A stretch of DNA of 64,000 bases from Candidatus Latescibacterota bacterium (GTDB lineage: Bacteria; Latescibacterota; UBA2968; GCA-2709665), in the NCBI GenBank assembly GCA_965219995.1, contig CBDCOX010000002.1, positions 224,001 to 288,000 on the forward strand, given 5' to 3'. A program made the position numbers and the translations under genes. Below the pieces are notes generated by a model. That model made no database searches, had not been told where the DNA came from, and saw nothing but the letters and a program-made list of their open reading frames with translations. The stretch's first letter is position 1, and each line of letters begins with the position of its first letter. Of the stretch, positions 57,737-64,000 are shown in pieces.

Positions 57737-59497
57737 ATGTCACGTCGAACCGTCCATGGCGTACCGCTCGCGATCTTTGTGCTGCTGCTGGCGATTCCCG
57801 TCATCATGAAATCCGGTCTGTGGCCGCGGAATGAAAAGATGGTGGCCCGGTTCGGATTTGCGCTCGAGGAAGTCGCCGGGAAAAGCGGCATTGACTTCGT
57901 ACACCGCGGCCCTGCGTTTGATGCGAAGTTGGCCCATATCATGCCGCACGTCGCCGCAATGGGCGCCGCGGTGTCCGCGGCGGATTTTGACCGGGACGGC
58001 TGGCAGGACCTGTACCTGACCAACAGCGCGGAGGGCGCGGCGAACCGGCTGTACCGCAATCTCGGCAACGGGAAATTCGAAGACGTGGCCGGCAGGGTGG
58101 GCGTGGCCGATCTGAATCCCGCCGGCACCGGGATTTCGGTTGGCGCCGTCTGGGGGGACTATAACAACGACGGCTTCGAAGATCTCTTCGTGTACAAATG
58201 GGGTCGGCCGGAGCTGTTTCGGAACGAGTCCGGGCAGAGGTTCACCCGTGTGAGCGAGGACGCAGGGCTGCCCGGCTGGATCAATGCGGGAAGCGCCGTC
58301 TGGCTCGATTACGATTGCGACGGGCGTCTGGATCTGTTTGTCGCCGGGTACTGGCCGGATGGACTGGATTTGTGGCATCTCCAATCCACCAGGATGATGC
58401 CCGAGAGTTTCGAATACGCCGAGAACGGCGGTCGGAAGTACCTCTTTCGCAATCTGGGAGACGGGCGGTTCGAGGACGTTGCCCAGCGGCTGGGCATTCG
58501 GAGCCGGCGGTGGACGCTTGCCGTGGCGGCGGCGGATCTGAACCGGTCGGGTTATCCGGATATCTTCCTGGCCAACGACTACGGCGTCTCGGAACTCTAC
58601 CGGAACGATGACGGAACGGGCTTTGAGGAAATCGGGCGGCGGGCCGGGGTCGGATACCAGCCGAAGAGCGGAATGAACGCGACATTCGGCGACGTGCTGA
58701 ACCAGGGTCGCCTGGCGATCTACGAGACCAATATCTCGGAGGCCGGGATTCTGCTGCAGGGCAACAACCTCTGGGTCGCCCGGCAGGACGGGGAGCTGGC
58801 GTTCGAAAACCTGGCGCAGGTGATGGGCGTGGAGCTGGGCGACTGGAGTTTCGGCGCGCAGTTCGGTGACCTCAACAACGACGGGCGCCTGGATCTGTTC
58901 TTGACCAACGGCTACGTGTCGGCCTCGGAGTCGGAGAGCTATTGGTACGACTTCTCACAGGTGGCCGGCGGGCACAGGGCGATCATTTCAGATGCGAAGC
59001 ACTGGCCCGCGATGAAGGGACGCAGCCTCGCCGGCTTTCAGCAATCGCGGGTGTGGGTGAACGACGGGATGGGACGTTTCGTAGACGTGGCTCGCGAGGC
59101 GGGGGTGCACGACCGTTTTGACGGGCGTGCGGTAGCGCTCGTTGATCTCTGGAACCGCGGGGTGCTTGACGTTGTGGTGGCCAACCAGCGCGGCCCGCTT
59201 CTCGTATACAGAAACACAGTGGATCCCGCCCGCCAATGGATCGGATTCGATCTGGCGGGCGTAACGAGCAACCGAAGCGCGATCGGGGCGCAGGTGAGGG
59301 TATTCTGGAACGGACAGGAACAGATGCAGGAGGTGTCGGGCGGCAGCGGTTTCTCGTCGCAGAATCAACGGCGATTGCATTTCGGGCTGGGGGTCGGTCC
59401 GGAGCTGGAAAAGGTCGTTTTGACCTGGCCTTCCGGACGCAGCCTCACCATGGAAAACCCTGCACTGAATGTGTACCACCGCGTTGAAGAACCCTGA
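57737..59497 (+). CDS. CRTAC1 / UnbV-like FG-GAP repeat protein
   Basis: AAGGAG RBS; DFDRDGWQDL, DYNNDG and DLNNDG repeats; NRSAIGAQV, GSGFSSQN..RLHFGLG, WPSG. Confidence 0.88.
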   Translation: MSRRTVHGVPLAIFVLLLAIPVIMKSGLWPRNEKMVARFGFALEEVAGKSGIDFVHRGPAFDAKLAHIMPHVAAMGAAVSAADFDRDGWQDLYLTNSAEGAANRLYRNLGNGKFEDVAGRVGVADLNPAGTGISVGAVWGDYNNDGFEDLFVYKWGRPELFRNESGQRFTRVSEDAGLPGWINAGSAVWLDYDCDGRLDLFVAGYWPDGLDLWHLQSTRMMPESFEYAENGGRKYLFRNLGDGRFEDVAQRLGIRSRRWTLAVAAADLNRSGYPDIFLANDYGVSELYRNDDGTGFEEIGRRAGVGYQPKSGMNATFGDVLNQGRLAIYETNISEAGILLQGNNLWVARQDGELAFENLAQVMGVELGDWSFGAQFGDLNNDGRLDLFLTNGYVSASESESYWYDFSQVAGGHRAIISDAKHWPAMKGRSLAGFQQSRVWVNDGMGRFVDVAREAGVHDRFDGRAVALVDLWNRGVLDVVVANQRGPLLVYRNTVDPARQWIGFDLAGVTSNRSAIGAQVRVFWNGQEQMQEVSGGSGFSSQNQRRLHFGLGVGPELEKVVLTWPSGRSLTMENPALNVYHRVEEP

Positions 59498-59506
59498 CGT
59501 AAGCCA

Positions 59507-61477
59507 TTACCCCCGGGCAGGCTTGTCCGGATTCCTGCCGAACAGGAGCAGGATCGCCGGAATCGCGCAAGAGCCGATGACAAGCCCGATCCATCCCGGG
59601 TAGAAAAAGGCGGTGCCGACGTACCCCGCGAGTGCGGCGACGGACATCGTGGTCAGTGCGTAGGGAAGTTGCGTTCTCACGTGGTCCAGGTGGTCGCACG
59701 AAGTGGCGATGCTCGACATGACGGTCGTGTCGCTGATGGGTGAGCAGTGATCCCCGAAGATGGCGCCGTCCAGTACGGCGGCGGCCGCGAGAATCGTGAG
59801 CGGGAGTCCGCCCAGGCTGTGCGCGAGTGGAACCGCGGTGGGGATCAGGATTGCCATGGTTGCCCACGATGTGCCGATGGCGAACGCGATCGCAGCCGCC
59901 AGAAGGAAAATCAGCAGGGGCAGCAGGCCGGGGACCATAAGGGGCGATAGCGCCGCCGTGAGATACACGGACGTGCCAATGTCCTTGCATATAGCCTGAA
60001 TTGCCCAGGCCATGATGAGGATGGCGATCGCATGTTGGATTCCCATGATTCCCATGGCCCACGTCTTCATTGCGGTAAGTGGTGAGATCAGGGCGGTCCT
60101 GCCGTTGGTCCGGCGCCGCATGACCGCGATGAGCAGCGCAACGACGGAACCGAGGATGGCGGACAGGAACAGCACCCGCGGGTTGTCCGCGTTGGAGAAA
60201 CATTCGGTCCAATAGGAGAAACTGACGAGGGAATACTGGAGTCGGACCGGCCGGACGCCGGCGTGGTTCCAGGTATCGACGGCCATACCGAAGACGACGG
60301 CGAACACAACGACCAGAACGGGCACGGCGGCGGCCCACCAGGCGGGTTGAACGCCGCCCGCCGCTTTCACGTCCGCGCCTCGGCGTCCCGTCAGGGGAGC
60401 AGCGCCGGGCCGAAGCACCCGGCCGGTCGACCGTGCGCGGCGTTCGGCCCTGTACATGGTCCCGTAGTCCCGTTGGAACCACGACGACGTGGCGACGAAC
60501 AAGAGCGTAAACAGGCAGTAGAATCGGACGGGAAGCGCATTGAAGAAGAGCTGATATCCGGAGACGCCGGTCCCGAGATCTCGCATGAGGTCTCCGAACA
60601 GTCCGACTTCGAAGCCAATCCAGGTGCTGATCACCGCCACGCCCGCGACCGGTGCCGCGGTGGAATCTACGATGTACGCAAGCTTTTCACGGGAGATGCG
60701 GAACCGGTCCGTCGTGGGCCGCAGCGTCGTGCCGACCACGATCGTGTTGGCATAGTCATCGAAGAAAATCGCCAGGCCCATGAGAAACGCGGCAAACCGC
60801 GTGGACCTGGCGCTCTCGGCTCGGGCGGCCAGGACCGCGGCGATGCCGGCGTTTCCCCCGGCGAGCGTGGTTACGCGTACCATGCCGATCAGCGCCGCCG
60901 TAAAGCCGAGAATGTATAGCTGGAAGGACGATCTCAGCGGTGTCCAGACGTAATCTACGGCCGCTCTTTCCAGGGCGGCGAACGGGAGTTCGTACAGGGG
61001 TGCGTCGCCCACGCCAAGCATGCCGCCGGCGAGAACGGCAAGCGCGAGCCCAAGGAGCACGCGACCGCTGATCACCGCGACAAAAATAGCAGCGAAGGGT
61101 GGAAACAGACTCCAGCCGTCGACGGGATTCAGGCGGACCTGCCGTTGGATTGCGGCGGTTGCGACGACCAGGATCAGACCGTCGCGTTCTTCCCGGCACG
61201 TCACTGTGATTGGGAGTGAATCGGTCTCGGGGGCTGTTCTCCGCCGGTCCGCCCGGTCGAAAGCGGAGCGGCAGCGGGCGTCCTGATTTTCCGCAAGGCG
61301 CCACGGGCCGTCGCCCACGGCTTTTGCCAGTTCAGGCAATTCAGTCGCGATTTGCTGATGAATGACGCGGTCACGGTTTTTCGGCAGCACAGCTGCGATA
61401 ACGGCCGCAAGCGTCAGTGCTGCAAGAATTCGCGCCACCAGATAGACCTTTTTTCCTGTTGCCTTTTTCGGATTCAT
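59507..61477 (-). CDS. NhaC family Na+/H+ antiporter or amino-acid transporter
   Basis: FFDDYAN, SREKLAYIVDSTAAP, GTSWATM, GAIFGDHCSPISDTT, HVRTQLPYA. Start inferred at MNPKK. Confidence 0.88.
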   Translation of the reverse strand: MNPKKATGKKVYLVARILAALTLAAVIAAVLPKNRDRVIHQQIATELPELAKAVGDGPWRLAENQDARCRSAFDRADRRRTAPETDSLPITVTCREERDGLILVVATAAIQRQVRLNPVDGWSLFPPFAAIFVAVISGRVLLGLALAVLAGGMLGVGDAPLYELPFAALERAAVDYVWTPLRSSFQLYILGFTAALIGMVRVTTLAGGNAGIAAVLAARAESARSTRFAAFLMGLAIFFDDYANTIVVGTTLRPTTDRFRISREKLAYIVDSTAAPVAGVAVISTWIGFEVGLFGDLMRDLGTGVSGYQLFFNALPVRFYCLFTLLFVATSSWFQRDYGTMYRAERRARSTGRVLRPGAAPLTGRRGADVKAAGGVQPAWWAAAVPVLVVVFAVVFGMAVDTWNHAGVRPVRLQYSLVSFSYWTECFSNADNPRVLFLSAILGSVVALLIAVMRRRTNGRTALISPLTAMKTWAMGIMGIQHAIAILIMAWAIQAICKDIGTSVYLTAALSPLMVPGLLPLLIFLLAAAIAFAIGTSWATMAILIPTAVPLAHSLGGLPLTILAAAAVLDGAIFGDHCSPISDTTVMSSIATSCDHLDHVRTQLPYALTTMSVAALAGYVGTAFFYPGWIGLVIGSCAIPAILLLFGRNPDKPARG

Positions 61478-61653
61478 CAGTCGCTTCTCGTTTCTGAGGG
61501 TTCCTGAAAAGAGATTGCGGCGGAGATTCCGCCCAGGGGATGCACTCATTGGAAAAAGACGTTTCCAATCGGACGATAGAGTCCTATCTTTAAGGATATC
61601 CGCGCCGACGCCCGGGGTTGGCCGGCGGCGGATACGGCGAGCCGACGCCAATC

Positions 61654-62469
61654 ATGCGATCGCGGAAGGGCGCCCTGGTGCATTGGATTCAAGTACGAAC
61701 CAACGAAATCCTGGATAAGGCGCAGGCGGGCGACCGGACGAGCCGACTGATCGACCTGTTCATCATGGGGCTGATCGTCCTGAACGTCGTGGCGGTCATC
61801 CTGGAGACGGTCGAGGCCGTTCACGTGTCGTACCGATTGCTGTTCGAGGTGTTTGACGCCTTCTCGGTGGGTGTCTTTACCGTAGAGTACCTGATGCGGA
61901 TGTGGTCGTGTACCGCCGATCAAAGGTACACGCGCCCCATTCGGGGTCGATTACGATATTTCTTTACGCCGCTGGCGATGGTGGACCTGATCGCGATCCT
62001 GCCGTTCTATCTTCCCCTGGTGACAACCGTCGACCTGCGGGTGTTGCGCGCCATGCGGCTGTTGCGGTTGTTCAAGCTCGGACGGTATTCCACCTCTCTT
62101 CAGACCCTCGGCAATGTGTTACGGAAGCACAGGGGCGAACTGCTGGTCACCCTGTTCGTGCTGCTGATCATGCTGGTGATCGCGTCGACGCTGATGTACT
62201 TTGCGGAACACAACGCCCAGCCTCACGCTTTTTCCAGCATTCCGTCGGCCATGTGGTGGGGCATCGTGACGCTTACGACGGTGGGATACGGAGATACGTA
62301 CCCCGTGACCGGCTTGGGAAAGATACTCGGTGCGGTGATCGCGTTGCTGGGTATCGGGATGTTCGCGCTCCCCGCGGGTATCCTGGGATCGGGTTTCGCC
62401 GAAGAGATCGACCGCCGGAAGAAAGAGGGCGGCATCTGTCCGCACTGCGGGCGTGAAATGGAGAAGTGA
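61654..62469 (+). CDS. Voltage-gated potassium channel family ion transporter
   Basis: S4 segment LRVLRAMRLLRLFKL, pore TTVGYGD, C-terminal CPHCG. Confidence 0.92.
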   Translation: MRSRKGALVHWIQVRTNEILDKAQAGDRTSRLIDLFIMGLIVLNVVAVILETVEAVHVSYRLLFEVFDAFSVGVFTVEYLMRMWSCTADQRYTRPIRGRLRYFFTPLAMVDLIAILPFYLPLVTTVDLRVLRAMRLLRLFKLGRYSTSLQTLGNVLRKHRGELLVTLFVLLIMLVIASTLMYFAEHNAQPHAFSSIPSAMWWGIVTLTTVGYGDTYPVTGLGKILGAVIALLGIGMFALPAGILGSGFAEEIDRRKKEGGICPHCGREMEK

Positions 62470-62511
62470 TCCGGCGTTTTGTCCGGACGAACTAGCAAAG
62501 GAGCGACAAGG

Positions 62512-63309
62512 ATGGAGTTGACGGTTGGATGTACGACGCGGCCTTACGGCCAACTTGGTTACAGCGAAGCGTACAGTCGGATTGCCGAGGCCGGTTACTC
62601 GGACGTGGCGGTATTTGCCAATGACGGGCAGGTGCCGGTCGGTTCGGACAGCTCGCCCGCAGCGGTCGCGGACGTGCGGAAAGCCGCGGAAGACGCCGGC
62701 GTCGTTCCATCGATGCTCATCGGCGGCACACGGCTTGGCGACGGCCTGGATGCCGCGGTGGACGACTACAAGCGACTGATCGACAATGCGGCCGCGCTGG
62801 GCGCCACCTGGCTGCTGGATTGCGGTACCAGCAACGATGCCCACTTCGACGACTATTTCGAGCTGATGCGGCAGGCCGCGCCGCATGCGGACGAGGTCGG
62901 CGTGCAGATCACCATGAAACCCCACGGCGGTATCAGCCTTACGGTGTCTCACCTCCTCGCGGCCCGCGACAACGTGGATCACGCGGCGTTCGGCATCTGT
63001 TTCGATCCGGGTAACATCATCTACTATACAAAGGGTGATCTGCGGCCCGAGACGGATGTCGCGGAAGTGGCGCCGGTGGTGACGACGGGGATCATCAAGG
63101 ACTGCTCGGTGGTCGACGGTGTGCCGGACGTAATGGTAACGCCCGGCGACGGGCTCGTGGATTTCCATTCGGTGTTGTCCGGTCTGGTCGGCGGCGGATT
63201 CCACGGGCCGCTCTACGTTGAATGCGTGGGCGGCAAGGAGCCCAAAGAGGTGGACCGGGACGTGGCGTTTGCACGGGGCTACGTCGAGGGGATTCTATCG
63301 GGACTGTAG
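62512..63309 (+). CDS. Sugar phosphate isomerase/epimerase (xylose isomerase-like TIM barrel)
   Basis: KPHGG, FDPGN, KD, PGDGLVDF, GPLYVE. Confidence 0.8.
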   Translation: MELTVGCTTRPYGQLGYSEAYSRIAEAGYSDVAVFANDGQVPVGSDSSPAAVADVRKAAEDAGVVPSMLIGGTRLGDGLDAAVDDYKRLIDNAAALGATWLLDCGTSNDAHFDDYFELMRQAAPHADEVGVQITMKPHGGISLTVSHLLAARDNVDHAAFGICFDPGNIIYYTKGDLRPETDVAEVAPVVTTGIIKDCSVVDGVPDVMVTPGDGLVDFHSVLSGLVGGGFHGPLYVECVGGKEPKEVDRDVAFARGYVEGILSGL

Positions 63310-63325
63310 TGCAGCCACTGGGAGT

Positions 63326-63709
63326 TCAGGTCAGAACCGCGGTGACTTCGATTTCAACGTGGGCTCCGGCGGGGAGGGCAACCACCTGAACGCAGCTCCG
63401 CCCCGGCGGGTCGTTTGGAAAATAGCTTGCATAGACGTCGTTCATTTCGGCAAATTCCGATATATCCGTCATATAGACAACCGTCCGAACCACGTGTTCC
63501 ATCGTCGCGCCGGCTGCGTCCAGGATCGCCACGATGTTGTCGAGCGTCTGCCGGGTCTCCTCGGCAATGCCGCCGCCGACGATTTTGCCGGTTGCGGGAT
63601 CGATTCCCTTTTCGCCGGCGACAAAGACCAATTCGCCGGTTCTGATAGCCTGCGAATAGGGACCCACGGGAAGCGCTGCCTTGTCGGTGGTAATCACTTC
63701 TTTCTGCAT
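63326..63709 (-). CDS. RidA family reactive-intermediate deaminase
   Basis: GPYSQAI, MNDVYASYF, PPGRSCVQV..LP..VEIE. Confidence 0.9.
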   Translation of the reverse strand: MQKEVITTDKAALPVGPYSQAIRTGELVFVAGEKGIDPATGKIVGGGIAEETRQTLDNIVAILDAAGATMEHVVRTVVYMTDISEFAEMNDVYASYFPNDPPGRSCVQVVALPAGAHVEIEVTAVLT

Positions 63710-63791
63710 GACGCGATATCTCCATACTGTTATACGGGATGTACAGTGTGAGCGGTGTGAAGGCCGGAGATCCTTTTACCTTCGGGGTTGT

Positions 63792-63822
63792 TCTTGATAA
63801 CGTCAAGAGCCGGGATTGTCAA
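63792..63822 (-). promoter_or_regulatory. Sigma70 promoter of the RidA gene with an overlapping palindrome
   Basis: Minus strand TTGACA (63822-63817)-17 bp-TATCAA (63799-63794); inverted repeat TCTTGA-N5-TCAAGA at 63792-63808. Confidence 0.5.
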
Positions 63823-64000
63823 GGAGAATCCCCCACTCGGGCGGCGGAGACATTCGCCGCACCGGTGAACGGAACGAGGGAATGCGTGTATGGGTGTCGA
63901 ATCTCGCAACGTCAGACGACTGGAGTTGCCGAGCTGCGTTGAGTCGCTTCACGTGGTGGTCGACGCCGCGGCACAGGTCACGGCCGATCTGGCGATGAGC

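Noticed and set aside
54202-59497. Enediyne biosynthetic cluster
   Set aside because: No PKS, thioesterase or other enediyne core genes in the window.
63816-64000. Short ORFs at the window edge
   Set aside because: Truncated and without recognisable motifs.

Overview
GC-rich bacterial chromosomal window with about 44 protein-coding genes and no recognisable rRNA, tRNA, CRISPR array, transposase or phage genes. It is dominated by catabolic genes. These include an amide/lactam hydrolase run at 8.3-23.2 kb (isochorismatase-like, DMFase-beta-like, CocE, hydantoinase A/B, D-aminoacylase, PhyH dioxygenase) and a methylated-amine/C1 cluster at 27.0-39.9 kb (glxD/mgsC, tdm, amt, fhs, glnT/gmaS). A minus-strand operon (DegT, heparinase-like, hydantoinase B/A, membrane protein, PHP hydrolase) and two CRTAC1/ASPIC-UnbV proteins follow. 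Two observations stand out. (1) An outer-membrane beta-barrel gene at 25102-26082 has a signal peptide, an in-frame UGA at codon 33 and a SECIS-like hairpin just downstream, making it a candidate unannotated selenoprotein next to a TlpA thioredoxin. (2) In the methylamine cluster, an acyl-CoA-dehydrogenase-fold protein, a 145-aa unknown protein and a flavin reductase flank tdm where tmm or dmmDABC would be expected, suggesting an undescribed amine oxygenase module. A plant-HPR1-like hydroxypyruvate reductase is also present. All calls come from reading motifs by eye; no database search or folding program was run.
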